A DNA stretch of 64,000 nt from an uncultured Alphaproteobacteria bacterium (GCA_902570155.1 CACFXU010000005.1:50529-114528); one strand, 5' to 3'; positions 11,966-22,950 are shown, counted from the first letter of the stretch. Made by a program: numbers and translations. The notes: generated by a model not told the origin, from the sequence alone.

Positions 11966-13289
11966 TTTTTTTTACCTTAATATCAATTGTACCATCAACA
12001 AGCTTAACAGATAACTGATCATTAGGAGCGATTTTTTTTGTAGTCTTAACAATTTTCGATTTATTCATCAAAACTGAATATCCCTTTTTAAGATTTGAAG
12101 AGATAGAATTTGAATTAAGTAGTCTGATATTTGCTTTATATTTCTCAAGATTATCTTTGTAGTTATTAGCAATATTTAAATTAAGATTTTTTGCGATATT
12201 ATCTATTTTAGTTTGTTTTAAACTTAATAAATAGTCTGGAGAAATTACAGATTTGCCTAAATTTATAAGGTTCAATTTTGATATACTATATTTATTTTCA
12301 ATTGATAATGTCAGATTTTTAAAATCATCAAAAAGCTTTTCCTTATAATTGTTAACAATTGAACTTGGGGATTTAAGAAACTTATTTAAGTAATCATAAT
12401 TTTCCTTTTTGGACTGAATTTGTGAATTAACTTTTGTGTTTAATCTTAGTTGTAAATTTTTAATTTTTTCAATTAATTCAAATCTAACCGGTGTAGCTTT
12501 TTCGGCTGCCGCCGTTGGCGTAGAAGCTCTTAAATCTGATACTAAATCAATAATCGTCGTATCTGTCTCATGACCTATTGCTGAAATAATAGGTATTTTT
12601 GAATCAAAAACACTTGTTGCAAGATTTTCATCATTGAATGCCATTAAATCTTCTGTACTTCCTCCACCTCTAGCAACAATTAGAATATCTGGTTTAGCAG
12701 ATTTAAGTTTATTGAAACCTTCGATAGCATTTATAATACTATATGCTGCATCAACACCCTGTACAGATACAGGCCATATATCTAAAGGCATTGGAAAACG
12801 ATCATTCACTCTATTAATTATGTCATGTACTACAGAACCAGTGGGAGATGTAATTATACCTAATCTCTCAGGCAAAAAAGGCAATGGAATTTTTTTATCT
12901 TCATCAAAATAGCCTTTTTTTTGAAGTCTTTTTTTTCTTTCTTCAATGAGTTTTAAAAGTGCTCCCTCTCCTGCAATTTCAATTTTATCAATATCTATCT
13001 GGTAGGTAGTTTTATACCGAGACCAAGTGGTGATTCTACCAGTTGCAATTATTTCAAGCCCTATTTCTGGATTTATATCTAAATATTTTTTTTTCTGATC
13101 CCAAATAACTCCACTTAAAATTGAATCTTCGTCTTTAAGCGTTAGATAAATTTGCCCTCTTGTTGCGGTTTTTACTTCAGAAATTTCTCCTTTAATTCTA
13201 ACATAATTAAAATTGGACTCAATTACTTCTTTAAATGCTTGATTAAATTCTGAAACTTCAAATTCTGGTATATTAATTTTATCTATCAT
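11958..13289 (-). CDS. xseA: exodeoxyribonuclease VII large subunit
   Basis: ITSPTGSVVHD, ARGGGSTEDL, SAIGHETD, RASTPTAAAE. Confidence 0.96.
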   Translation of the reverse strand: MIDKINIPEFEVSEFNQAFKEVIESNFNYVRIKGEISEVKTATRGQIYLTLKDEDSILSGVIWDQKKKYLDINPEIGLEIIATGRITTWSRYKTTYQIDIDKIEIAGEGALLKLIEERKKRLQKKGYFDEDKKIPLPFLPERLGIITSPTGSVVHDIINRVNDRFPMPLDIWPVSVQGVDAAYSIINAIEGFNKLKSAKPDILIVARGGGSTEDLMAFNDENLATSVFDSKIPIISAIGHETDTTIIDLVSDLRASTPTAAAEKATPVRFELIEKIKNLQLRLNTKVNSQIQSKKENYDYLNKFLKSPSSIVNNYKEKLFDDFKNLTLSIENKYSISKLNLINLGKSVISPDYLLSLKQTKIDNIAKNLNLNIANNYKDNLEKYKANIRLLNSNSISSNLKKGYSVLMNKSKIVKTTKKIAPNDQLSVKLVDGTIDIKVKKIN

Positions 13290-13734
13290 GCTTATTTTTA
13301 AAAAATTTTTTTAATAAATTACTACATTCTTTTTCCATAATGCCGCCATAAATAGTTGGCATAAATATATTTTCTCTTTGAAAAGCAACTCGGAGTTTTT
13401 CAATTCCTCCATTTTTTTCATCATAGGCCCCAAAATATAGATCTTTAATATGTACTTCACTTATTGCGCTAGCGCACATTGTGCATGGTTCCAAGGTAAC
13501 AAATAAAGTCATATTTTCTAAATATTTAAGTTTTAGTCTTTCGCAAGTTTCTTGAATAAGATTTAATTCACAATGTTTGATAGCATTTTTATTTTTATTT
13601 ACTGTGTTGTAGCTTCTGGCTACAATCTTGTTCGTTTTATTATCAACAAGTATTCCTCCAACTGGAACCTCATTTAAATTATAAGCTTTGTCTGCTTCAA
13701 TAATTGCTTCTTTCATAAAAAAATCAACGTTCAT
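13279..13734 (-). CDS. tadA: tRNA adenosine deaminase
   Basis: NEVPVGG, HCE and TLEPCTMC zinc motifs; ATG 13734 preferred over GTG 13746. Confidence 0.85.
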   Translation of the reverse strand: MNVDFFMKEAIIEADKAYNLNEVPVGGILVDNKTNKIVARSYNTVNKNKNAIKHCELNLIQETCERLKLKYLENMTLFVTLEPCTMCASAISEVHIKDLYFGAYDEKNGGIEKLRVAFQRENIFMPTIYGGIMEKECSNLLKKFFKNKHDR

Positions 13735-13774
13735 TCTGGAACACACTTATGTTGTACATTATAATTGAATTATA

Positions 13775-14473
13775 ATGAAAAAACCAATTATTGGAATAAC
13801 TCTTGATAGTGAAAAAAAGAAAACATACTCAAAATTTCCATGGTATGCATTGAGGGAAAATTACTTAACTTCTTTAACAAAATTTAATGCTATTCCATTT
13901 CCTTTGTTACACGAAAAAAAATATATTGATGATTTTTGTCATTTAATTGATGGTTTAATTATTACTGGAGGAGATTTTGATATTCATCCGAAATTATATA
14001 AAACAAGTAATACTCAATCTAAAAATATTAAAAATAAGAGAACGAATTTTGAATTAAATATTTTCAATAAATTTTTTAAATACAACAAACCAATATTGGG
14101 AATTTGTGGTGGTGCACAACTTATCAATGTTGCTTGCGGTGGAACATTAATACAAGATTTAAAAAGAGATCCGATAAACCATGAACAAGAAAATCCAAGA
14201 AATCAAACTAGTCATAGTGTTAATATTTTAAACAATACTCAACTACATAAAATATGTGAGTCTCAAAAAATTAAAGTTAATAGTGCACATCATCAGTCAA
14301 TTAAAAAAGTAGGTAAGGACTTAAATGTTTCGTGTGCAGCAAATGATGGTGTTATTGAAGGAATAGAGCATAAAAAACATAAATGGTGTATTGGCTTACA
14401 ATGGCATCCTGAATTTTTAATTACAAAATATGATTTAAAAATAATTAAAAATTTTATTAGTGAAACAAAGTGA
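13775..14473 (+). CDS. class I glutamine amidotransferase, peptidase C26 / gamma-glutamyl-GABA hydrolase family
   Basis: GLIITGG, PILGICGG, VNSAHHQ, LQWHPE. Confidence 0.88.
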   Translation: MKKPIIGITLDSEKKKTYSKFPWYALRENYLTSLTKFNAIPFPLLHEKKYIDDFCHLIDGLIITGGDFDIHPKLYKTSNTQSKNIKNKRTNFELNIFNKFFKYNKPILGICGGAQLINVACGGTLIQDLKRDPINHEQENPRNQTSHSVNILNNTQLHKICESQKIKVNSAHHQSIKKVGKDLNVSCAANDGVIEGIEHKKHKWCIGLQWHPEFLITKYDLKIIKNFISETK

Positions 14474-15162
14474 ATATTAGAATTTCAAAATATCTATCAA
14501 GTGCTGGAATTTGTTCACGAAGAGATGCAGAAAAATTAATTGTAGAAAAAAAAATTAAAATTAATAATCAAGTATGCATTCATCCAAGTCATAAAGTAAG
14601 TGATTTGGATGTTATTAAAGTAAATAATAAAATTGTTAAAAAAATAAATGAAGTTGAAGTGTGGAAGTTATACAAACCAATTAAATATATTTGTAGTACA
14701 AAAGATAACTTAGGTAGAAAGAAAATTTTTGATTTATTACCAAAAAATATCGGTCAATTGATTAGTGTTGGAAGATTGGACTATATGAGTGAAGGATTGA
14801 TCTTACTAACTAATAATGGTGATTATTCAAGATATTTAGAACATCCATCTTCAAATATTGAGCGGATTTATAGAGTTTGTATAAATAGCAATATACAAAA
14901 TAGTGATTTACAAAAAATAAATAAAGGTATTACAATAAAAGAAATAAATTATAAAAAAATTAAAGTTGCCTTTGAAAAAAAATTAAAAAATCATAGTTGG
15001 TTAATTTTTAAACTTAAAGAAGGTAAAAATAGAGAAATTAGAAATATTTGTAATTATTTTTCATGGAATATAATTAAATTAATAAGAATTGGATATGGTC
15101 CTTATAAGCTTGGTAGACTCAAAGAAGGACAATTTCAAAAATTAAATTCAATTAGCAAATGA
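14470..15162 (+). CDS. rluB: rRNA pseudouridine synthase (RsuA/RluB family, S4 domain)
   Basis: S4 motif CSRRDAE, catalytic VGRLDYMSEGL, EGKNREIR; exact subfamily is inferred. Confidence 0.8.
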   Translation: MNIRISKYLSSAGICSRRDAEKLIVEKKIKINNQVCIHPSHKVSDLDVIKVNNKIVKKINEVEVWKLYKPIKYICSTKDNLGRKKIFDLLPKNIGQLISVGRLDYMSEGLILLTNNGDYSRYLEHPSSNIERIYRVCINSNIQNSDLQKINKGITIKEINYKKIKVAFEKKLKNHSWLIFKLKEGKNREIRNICNYFSWNIIKLIRIGYGPYKLGRLKEGQFQKLNSISK

Positions 15163-15719
15163 TACGGATTACAGGGGGAAAGTTTAAGCAAAAAAAATTA
15201 GCTAGCATTAATGATTTTGTAAGACCAACTTCTTCTCTAAAAAGAGAAGCTTTTTTTTCAATTATTGAAAGTTATGCAATCAAAAATTCTATCGAATTAT
15301 ATAAAAATAAAATTTTTTTAGATCTTTTCGCAGGTATTGGCACAATGGGATTAGAAGCAATTTCTAGAGGTATAAGTGAGGTAATTTTTTTTGAGAATAA
15401 TATTAAGGTTATTAATATTTTAAAAAAAAATTGTTTAGATATTTGTAAAAATAATCAATTTAAAATTTATGATGAAGACCTTATTAATTCTAAATTAGAA
15501 ATAGAATTTCGAAATATATCAGTTGTTTATATTGATCCACCATATGCAAAATATAATTTAGCAAAACTTTTAGAAAATCTATCAAATAAAATTAAACGTA
15601 CTACTTTGATTGGTTTGGAAACTAGTGTGAAAGATAATATTATTGTACCAGAAAATTTAAATCTGCTTCAAAAAAAGACTTACGGTAAAACAATAATTTA
15701 TTTTTTTAAATTATCTTAA
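15159..15719 (+). CDS. rsmD: 16S rRNA m2G966 methyltransferase
   Basis: RITGG, VRPT, LDLFAGIG, EAISRG, IDPPY. Confidence 0.92.
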   Translation: MIRITGGKFKQKKLASINDFVRPTSSLKREAFFSIIESYAIKNSIELYKNKIFLDLFAGIGTMGLEAISRGISEVIFFENNIKVINILKKNCLDICKNNQFKIYDEDLINSKLEIEFRNISVVYIDPPYAKYNLAKLLENLSNKIKRTTLIGLETSVKDNIIVPENLNLLQKKTYGKTIIYFFKLS

Positions 15720-16910
15720 ATAAGTTTTAGTTAGTTTTTTACCCTGTTCAACAGCAGGTTGATCAAAAGGATCAACATCTAAATACATACAGGAAGCAAT
15801 TGTTTCTATTATACTAAACGATAATAATTTACCTAAGTTTTTCTCATCTATTTTAGGAATATAGATTTCTCTAAAACTAAAATTATTTAATTTAAAAGTT
15901 TCAATGGTTGCACGCTGTTCAGCTTCCATTAAATCTCCCATTGTTTTATCTTTAAAATAGTCAATAGCAGTACCTTCAAACATATCATTATTAATTTTTA
16001 TACCCTTATGTGAATGATCTGTAGTTATAAAGGTGAAATATTTATCTTTAGGTCCATCTAAATACAGTTGTAATTGACTATGCTGATCAGTGGTCCCTAC
16101 TGAATGAATTGCTGTAATACCTTTATTATTTTTTCCTATACTTTCTGCCCAAAGTTGCAGATACCATTTTCCAAAAAAATAAAGTGAATCAGAATATGTC
16201 ATTAAAACATTATTAGTAAATTTTACATTTTCTTTTTGAATTAAATATCTTCCAAGATCGTACGGTTTATAATTATCAATATTATTAATGACTTCAGATG
16301 CTCCAACAAAAAGTGCATCTATATTTAATCCAGAAATGATTGCAGGAACTATACCAACATTGGTAAATATAGAATATCTGCCTCCAACATCTTTATGATG
16401 CTCTAATAGTAAACAATTATTATCTTTTGCAATTTTATAAAGTGGTGATTCTTTAAATTCAGTTATGATTAGAGTATTTGAAAAAAAATCTTCAACTTTG
16501 TTGGCTTCTAATGCCTTTTGATAAAGACATGAAAATTGAGATAATGTCTCTGGTGTAGTACCCGATTTTGAAATAACCAAGAAACCAGTTAGCTCAAAAT
16601 TAATATTTTGAAAATTTTTTTCAAAATTAATAGGGTCAACATTATCATAAAATTCTAAGATAATTTTATTATTGGAAATAATATTATTTAATGCTCTAGC
16701 TCCTAAATTTGAACCTCCTGTACCAAATACAATTATTTTTTCTTTTTTCTCTTTAAATTGATTTGAAATTTTTATGGTTTCTTCTAATAAATTTTTATCT
16801 GAAACAATATTCAGAGAAGGAAGTTTTTCTATTAAATTAGTTATACTTTGATCAGTATCTTTATTTTGAGTGATTTTGTCAAAATTTGAATTAAAGTATC
16901 TTATTTCCAT
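15711..16910 (-). CDS. pgi: glucose-6-phosphate isomerase (short form)
   Basis: GTGGSNLG, ISKSGTTPET, VGGRYS, QLWAESIGK, DQHSQLQ, PFDQPAVEQGK. Confidence 0.93.
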   Translation of the reverse strand: MEIRYFNSNFDKITQNKDTDQSITNLIEKLPSLNIVSDKNLLEETIKISNQFKEKKEKIIVFGTGGSNLGARALNNIISNNKIILEFYDNVDPINFEKNFQNINFELTGFLVISKSGTTPETLSQFSCLYQKALEANKVEDFFSNTLIITEFKESPLYKIAKDNNCLLLEHHKDVGGRYSIFTNVGIVPAIISGLNIDALFVGASEVINNIDNYKPYDLGRYLIQKENVKFTNNVLMTYSDSLYFFGKWYLQLWAESIGKNNKGITAIHSVGTTDQHSQLQLYLDGPKDKYFTFITTDHSHKGIKINNDMFEGTAIDYFKDKTMGDLMEAEQRATIETFKLNNFSFREIYIPKIDEKNLGKLLSFSIIETIASCMYLDVDPFDQPAVEQGKKLTKTYLR

Positions 16911-16918
16911 TTATAAAA

Positions 16919-17419
16919 TTAAAAGAAGAAAAATCTTTTTTTCTTTTTAGGTTCACCTTCTCCGTCAGCTTCATTTTCTTCTTTACTTTTGAAAAAGAAA
17001 AATCTTTTCTTCTTTTTTGGCTCTTCTATATTTTCACTTTCAACATCTGTATTATCTTGGCTTATTTCATCTTCTGAGTTTCCATCAAGATCTTCCCTGA
17101 TACTATTATCTACTTGATCTGCTTCAGTTTCTTTTAAAATATTGTCGATAACAGAATTTTCAGAAGGTGTTTCATCACTTTCTTCATCCAGACCAAAGAG
17201 AATTTCCTTTGCAAGCTCACTATCGGTATCATCAATATCTTTTGATTCAATTTGATCAGGTGGTAGTAAATTAAAATTTGGCGGAATTACTAATGGAGGA
17301 TTTTCAACTACATTGTATTCATCTATTACTTTTCTTTCTACACCCGCACTACTTCTTATAGTATTACAAGAGTATAGAAAAATTGAGGAAATGATTGTTA
17401 CATAAATAACTTTTTTCAT
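16919..17419 (-). CDS. DUF3035-like lipoprotein
   Basis: Lipobox LYSC, DEYNVVENPPLVIPPNFNLLPP; lies next to lspA as is usual in alphaproteobacteria. Confidence 0.8.
   Translation of the reverse strand: MKKVIYVTIISSIFLYSCNTIRSSAGVERKVIDEYNVVENPPLVIPPNFNLLPPDQIESKDIDDTDSELAKEILFGLDEESDETPSENSVIDNILKETEADQVDNSIREDLDGNSEDEISQDNTDVESENIEEPKKKKRFFFFKSKEENEADGEGEPKKKKRFFFF
16922..17023 (-). repeat. duplicated C-terminal peptide motif EPKKKKRFFFF
   Basis: Copies at 16922-16954 and 16991-17023 encode identical 11-aa peptides with several synonymous codon differences. Confidence 0.9.
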
Positions 17420-17868
17420 TTTACTGTTTTAGATTTTATAAAAAAACTCATTATTAACATGATAATTCCAATTGTAATATAAATATCTGCTAGATTAAAT
17501 GCGGGCCAATAAAAATTATCATAATGTAGTAAGATAAAATCAACAACATAACTATTTATCAATCTATCAATAATATTTGATAAAGCCCCAATTATAACAA
17601 AGAAATAAGCCAGTTTTTCAAGTTGTTTATCTGATTTAATAAGTAAATAAAAAATTAATATAACAACTATTAAGGCTATAAGTATTAATATCCAATGAGA
17701 AACATAACCAGAAAATAAACCAAAAGAAACACCAAAGTTCTGAACATAAACTAAATCAAAATATTCATTGATTTGTATTGATTGATTTAAAAATAAATTA
17801 TTCTGAATAAAAAATTTTGTTAATAAATCTAATAAAATCAAAAAAATAAATACTGCTGTTTTAATCAC
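17416..17868 (-). CDS. lspA: signal peptidase II
   Basis: QNFGVSFG, GALSNIIDR, VVDFI, PAFNLAD. Confidence 0.96.
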   Translation of the reverse strand: MIKTAVFIFLILLDLLTKFFIQNNLFLNQSIQINEYFDLVYVQNFGVSFGLFSGYVSHWILILIALIVVILIFYLLIKSDKQLEKLAYFFVIIGALSNIIDRLINSYVVDFILLHYDNFYWPAFNLADIYITIGIIMLIMSFFIKSKTVK

Positions 17869-20642
17869 TTAAATATTACAGTATTACACCTGTTACAAAC
17901 TTCATCATTTATTAACTTTGCCTCATATTTCCAACATCTTTGACACTTTTCTCCATTTACCTTTGAAGCTTTTACGATTACATCAGAAATATCTTCAATA
18001 GAAAAACCTTTGGATTTTTCGTCAATAACATACAAAGAAAATGATGAAGTAATTGTAATTTCATCAAACATTACTTTCTCTAGTTTTTTATAACTTTCTG
18101 CAGAAACAAAAATATCTATGTGTGCCTCAAGACTTGAGCGAATAATTTTTTCTTCTCTAATTTTTTCAATTGCTCCAGTAGCAACTTTTCTAATATTTTT
18201 AATTAAACTCCATTTTTCATTTAATTGATTGTCCTCATATTCATTTTTACATTGTAAAAAATCTTGTAGGTGTATACTTTCTTTATTTCCCATAGCTTTC
18301 CAGGCTTCTTCAGAAGTAAAAGAAATAGATGGAGCAAACCATCTTACTAAATGATTAAAAATTATATTTAATAGAGTTCTAGTAGATCTTCTTTGAACGG
18401 ACTCTTTGCTATCACAATATATAGTGTCTTTTCTAATATCAAAATAAAAAGCTGAAAGATCACTTGAACAAAAATTTAAAAGTGTTGTAAACATTAGGTG
18501 AAAGTTAAATGTTGATACACATTTTTGAACAACTTGATCAACTTCCCATAATCGATGTAAAAGATATTTTTCTAACTCTGGAAACTCACTCTCATCGATA
18601 GTTTCTTCTTCAGTAAAATCACTTAAATTGCCAATTAAAAAACGAAAGGTATTTCTTATTCTTCTATAAGACTCAGCTTGTGATTGGAGAATGGCATTAT
18701 CAAGTTTAAGATCATCATAATAATCAGAAGCAACAACCCATAATCTTAAAATATCAACTCCATATTTTTTTAAAATATCATCAGGAGAAATGACATTACC
18801 TAAAGATTTAGACATTTTACGTCCTCTTCCATCAACAACGAATCCGTGTGTCAAAACACTTTCATATGGTGCCTTTCCTCTAGTGCCCGACGATTCTAAA
18901 AGAGATGAGTGAAACCATCCTCTATGTTGATCACTTCCTTCTAAATACATTGATGCAGGCCATTTCAAATCTTCTCTTTGTTCTAGACAAAAAGCATGTG
19001 TAGAGCCACTATCAAACCATACTTCAACTACGTCTTTAACCTGTTCATAATCTTCAAGTGAGTATTCATCTCCTAAAAACCTTTGTGGATCTTCGGTAAA
19101 CCACGTATTGCTTCCTTCTTTTTCATATATGTCAGCTATTCTATTGATAATATTTTCATCTCTTAATGGTTGACCCGTTTTTTTATTTACAAATAATGGT
19201 AAAGGTACACCCCACACTCTTTGTCTAGATACACACCAATCTGGTCTAGTTTCAATCATTGATCTAAGCCTCGTTTGACCTTGAGGAGGATAAAAAATAG
19301 TCTCATCAATTGATTTAAGAGCAATGTCTCTTAGGTTATTTTTTTCCATGGAAATGAACCATTGTGGAGTATTTCTATAAATAAGAGGAGCTTTAGACCT
19401 CCATGAATGTGGGTAGCTATGACGAAGCGTCCCTTTAAATAATAATTTTGAAAATTCTTCTAATTTATCTGCAATTTTGTGATCTACTTTATAAATATGC
19501 TCGCCTTCAAAACCAACGGCATGTTGATTATATTTTCCATCATCTTGAACTGTTTGGATAATATCAACATTATTTTTTATACCTAAAACATAATCGTCAT
19601 CTCCGTGTCCAGGAGCTATATGCACAACTCCTGTTCCCTGTTCTAAGTTTACAAAATCTCCATGAAATGGTTTTACAATAAAATCGTATCCCAATTGTTT
19701 AAATGGATGTTCACATTCACAAGAAGATAAATTATCTCCTTTAAATTTCTTTTTTATACTAAATTTTTTAATTCCAATTTCTTTAGTTACATTTTCTATA
19801 AGTTCTGAAGCAAATATTAATTTATCATTTATTTTGGCTAGACTATCTTCTTCTAATTCTTCGACAACAATAAGTGAATAATCTAATTCTTTACCATAAG
19901 CCAGAGCTCTATTACCTGGAATAGTCCAAGGAGTTGTTGTCCAAATAACTATATTAGAATCAATTAAATCTTTATCTGTAGAATTTTTAATTAAAAATTT
20001 AACATAAATAGTGTTGGACGTATGATCTTCATATTCAACTTCAGCATCAGCTAAAGCTGTCTTTTCTACAACGGACCAGAGAACTGGTTTTGCTCCTTTA
20101 TACAAGCTTTCATCAAGTAGAAATTTTCCAAGTTCTCGAACAATTTGCGCTTCTGCTTGATTTGACATTGTGAGGTAAGGATTTTCCCAATCTCCTTCAA
20201 CACCAAGTCGTCTAAATTCTTTTTTTTGTATCTCGATCCATTTTTCTGCAAACTCTCTACACTCATTTCTAAATTGAACAGTTGGAACATCATCCTTGTT
20301 CTTTCCTTTTTTTCTATATTCTTCTTCTATTTTCCATTCAATTGGTAAACCGTGACAATCCCAACCAGGAACATAGATAGAGTCTTTACCAGCCATTTGT
20401 TGTGTTCGTACAATGACGTCTTTTAAAATTTTATTAAGAGCAGTTCCCATATGAATATGTCCATTTGCGTATGGTGGACCATCATGAAGAACGAATTTTT
20501 CTCTACCTTTAGATTTATCTCTTAGCTTTTTAAAAATATTTTCTTTATCCCACTCCTCTATTATTACAGGTTCCTTTGCGGGAAGGTTAGCTCTCATTTC
20601 AAAAGATGTTTTGGGAAGAAAAATTGTATCTTTATATTCCAT
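17865..20642 (-). CDS. ileS: isoleucine--tRNA ligase
   Basis: PPYANGHIHMG, WTTTPWT, EGSDQHRGWF, KMSKS, C-terminal CQRCW...CNRC. Confidence 0.99.
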   Translation of the reverse strand: MEYKDTIFLPKTSFEMRANLPAKEPVIIEEWDKENIFKKLRDKSKGREKFVLHDGPPYANGHIHMGTALNKILKDVIVRTQQMAGKDSIYVPGWDCHGLPIEWKIEEEYRKKGKNKDDVPTVQFRNECREFAEKWIEIQKKEFRRLGVEGDWENPYLTMSNQAEAQIVRELGKFLLDESLYKGAKPVLWSVVEKTALADAEVEYEDHTSNTIYVKFLIKNSTDKDLIDSNIVIWTTTPWTIPGNRALAYGKELDYSLIVVEELEEDSLAKINDKLIFASELIENVTKEIGIKKFSIKKKFKGDNLSSCECEHPFKQLGYDFIVKPFHGDFVNLEQGTGVVHIAPGHGDDDYVLGIKNNVDIIQTVQDDGKYNQHAVGFEGEHIYKVDHKIADKLEEFSKLLFKGTLRHSYPHSWRSKAPLIYRNTPQWFISMEKNNLRDIALKSIDETIFYPPQGQTRLRSMIETRPDWCVSRQRVWGVPLPLFVNKKTGQPLRDENIINRIADIYEKEGSNTWFTEDPQRFLGDEYSLEDYEQVKDVVEVWFDSGSTHAFCLEQREDLKWPASMYLEGSDQHRGWFHSSLLESSGTRGKAPYESVLTHGFVVDGRGRKMSKSLGNVISPDDILKKYGVDILRLWVVASDYYDDLKLDNAILQSQAESYRRIRNTFRFLIGNLSDFTEEETIDESEFPELEKYLLHRLWEVDQVVQKCVSTFNFHLMFTTLLNFCSSDLSAFYFDIRKDTIYCDSKESVQRRSTRTLLNIIFNHLVRWFAPSISFTSEEAWKAMGNKESIHLQDFLQCKNEYEDNQLNEKWSLIKNIRKVATGAIEKIREEKIIRSSLEAHIDIFVSAESYKKLEKVMFDEITITSSFSLYVIDEKSKGFSIEDISDVIVKASKVNGEKCQRCWKYEAKLINDEVCNRCNTVIFK

Positions 20643-21571
20643 TATAGTTGATGATATTCTTTAGCTGTATTTATATCTTTGTTGATTTGCTTGGTTAATT
20701 CTTCAAAATTATTAAATTTTTGTTCAGCCCTAATAAATGTAAGGAATTCAACAGTCAATTCTTTACCATATATTTCTTCACTAAAATTAAACATATGTGT
20801 CTCTAGAAGGAGTTTGCTTCCATCAACTGTTGGTCTTAAACCAAAATTTGAAACACCTTTGTATTTTTTGCCTTCTAATAGCACTTCCACACAGTAAACA
20901 CCTCTTTTTGGTAATATGTGTTGATCTGGTATCATATTAGCAGTCGGAAAATTGATTTCTCTAGCTCTTTTATCACCTTCAATTATTTTTCCATGCATAT
21001 GCCAGGGCCTACCTAAAGACTCTGTAACATCTTCCATATAACCTTCTTTTATTTGTGATCGAATTATTGAAGATGAATATTTATCCGATTTATCAGCAAG
21101 CATAATAGGTTCGATTAAATGAATATTAAAATTATTTTTTTCAGCATACTTTTCTAATGTTTTAAAATTACCTTTCCTGTCTTTTCCAAACTTAAAGTCA
21201 GAACCTATAACTAAGTATTTAATATTTAATTTATCAATTAGAATTTTAGTTACAAAATCATCAGATGATAATATTGATAGATTGTTATCAAAAGAAAAAT
21301 CTATAAATATATCTAAATCCAATTGTTCAAGAAAATGTATTTTATCACTTTGAGTATAAATATTAAAAGGTTCATTAATTTGATTAAAGTAAATACGAGG
21401 ATGAGGATTAAAACTCATTATAGAAGATAACAAATTATTGTTTAATGCAATCTCCTTAATTTTATTTATTATTTCTTGGTGCCCTTTATGTATTCCATCA
21501 AAATTACCTATTGCGAGACAAAGGTTTAATTTTTCAAAATCTGATGCTGTATCTAATTTATAAATTTTCAT
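20642..21571 (-). CDS. ribF: bifunctional riboflavin kinase/FAD synthetase
   Basis: GNFDGIHKGHQ, SSSIIR, FPTAN, GLRPT; ribF-ileS-lspA order. Confidence 0.97.
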   Translation of the reverse strand: MKIYKLDTASDFEKLNLCLAIGNFDGIHKGHQEIINKIKEIALNNNLLSSIMSFNPHPRIYFNQINEPFNIYTQSDKIHFLEQLDLDIFIDFSFDNNLSILSSDDFVTKILIDKLNIKYLVIGSDFKFGKDRKGNFKTLEKYAEKNNFNIHLIEPIMLADKSDKYSSSIIRSQIKEGYMEDVTESLGRPWHMHGKIIEGDKRAREINFPTANMIPDQHILPKRGVYCVEVLLEGKKYKGVSNFGLRPTVDGSKLLLETHMFNFSEEIYGKELTVEFLTFIRAEQKFNNFEELTKQINKDINTAKEYHQL

Positions 21572-21613
21572 AATATTTATAAATCAATTAGTATAGAAAC
21601 TTATGGTTAGTAA

Positions 21614-22927
21614 CTACAAGTATTTATTTAAGATATTTTCCAGATATTCTTGTCTTCCTGAACGAGGTTCTGGTTCAATATTATCATCGATTACTTTTTT
21701 ATTTATATCATCTAACCCAGTGTCTTTATGATGAATAAACTGTCCCAAATTTTTATTCCAGTCTTCATATCTATTTTCAATAAACTTAGGAATAACATTA
21801 TCATTCATTAATTTTTCAACAGCAATAAGTGTTTTTGCACAAACATCCATACCCCCAATGTGAGCATGAAATAAATCTTCAGCATCAATAGATTGTCTTC
21901 TTATTTTTGCATCAAAGTTCATGCCTCCTTGACCTAAACCGCCATTCTTAAAAATAAAATAAAATGACATAATTAAGTCAGCAGGATTATTTGGGAATTG
22001 ATCCGTATCCCAACCTATTAAAGTATCACCTCTATTAATATCAATACTTCCTAAGGCGCTGTTAGAAGTTGCATAAGCAATTTCATGTTCAAAATTATGA
22101 CCAGATAAAGTTGCATGATTAACTTCAACATTTAATTTAATCTCATTTTCTAAACCTGCCTTTCGTAAAAACGCTAAGCAAGTTGCAGAGTCAAAGTCAT
22201 ATTGATGTTTAGTTGGTTCATGAGGTTTTGGTTCCAATAAAATTTGACCTTTAAATCCTATCTTGTGTTTATAATTAACAACTAATTCGAGAAATCTTTG
22301 AAGATTAGCTGTTTCCTTAGTCATGTCAGTATTAAGAATAGTTTCGTATCCTTCTCTTCCACCCCAAAGAACATAGTTTTGACCGCCTAATCTCATCGTT
22401 GCATCCATACAATCTTTTACTTGTGCAGCTTTATATGCAAAAACTTCTGGGTCTGGATTGGTAGAAGCACCACTCATATATCTTTTATGAGAAAAAGCAT
22501 TTGCTGTTCCCCAAAGTAATTTCATTCCTGAGTCATTAATTTTTTGTTCCATTAAATCTATAATATGAAAGAAATTTTTTTGTGTCTCAGCATAATTTGA
22601 ACCTTCAGGAGAAATATCTCTATCGTGAAAACAGAAAAATGGTGTTTTTATTTTAGTGAAAAAATTAAATGCAGCATCAAGTTTCATTTCAGCCATTTTC
22701 ATTTCATCACCTGCTTGCATCCATGGTCTATCAAATGTTTGACCACCAAATGGATCCAAGCCAGGCCAAGTAAATGTATGCCAATAACAAGTAGCAAACC
22801 TTAAATGCTCTTTCATAGACTTGCCTAAAACTTTTTTATTTTCATCGTAAAACTTAAAAGCAAATGGATTTGTGCTTTCTTGGCCCTCAAATTTAATGTC
22901 TGGTATTTTACTAAAGTATTCTGTCAT
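21614..22927 (-). CDS. xylA: xylose isomerase (class II)
   Basis: CYWHTF, FHDRD, WGGREGY, EPKPHEPTKHQYD, GWDTDQF. Confidence 0.96.
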   Translation of the reverse strand: MTEYFSKIPDIKFEGQESTNPFAFKFYDENKKVLGKSMKEHLRFATCYWHTFTWPGLDPFGGQTFDRPWMQAGDEMKMAEMKLDAAFNFFTKIKTPFFCFHDRDISPEGSNYAETQKNFFHIIDLMEQKINDSGMKLLWGTANAFSHKRYMSGASTNPDPEVFAYKAAQVKDCMDATMRLGGQNYVLWGGREGYETILNTDMTKETANLQRFLELVVNYKHKIGFKGQILLEPKPHEPTKHQYDFDSATCLAFLRKAGLENEIKLNVEVNHATLSGHNFEHEIAYATSNSALGSIDINRGDTLIGWDTDQFPNNPADLIMSFYFIFKNGGLGQGGMNFDAKIRRQSIDAEDLFHAHIGGMDVCAKTLIAVEKLMNDNVIPKFIENRYEDWNKNLGQFIHHKDTGLDDINKKVIDDNIEPEPRSGRQEYLENILNKYL

Positions 22928-22950
22928 ATGATTTCCTATATTATATTACT

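Noticed and set aside
13279-13734. TadA has HCE instead of the usual HAE
   Set aside because: The His, Glu and PCxxC ligands are intact; the middle residue tolerates substitution.
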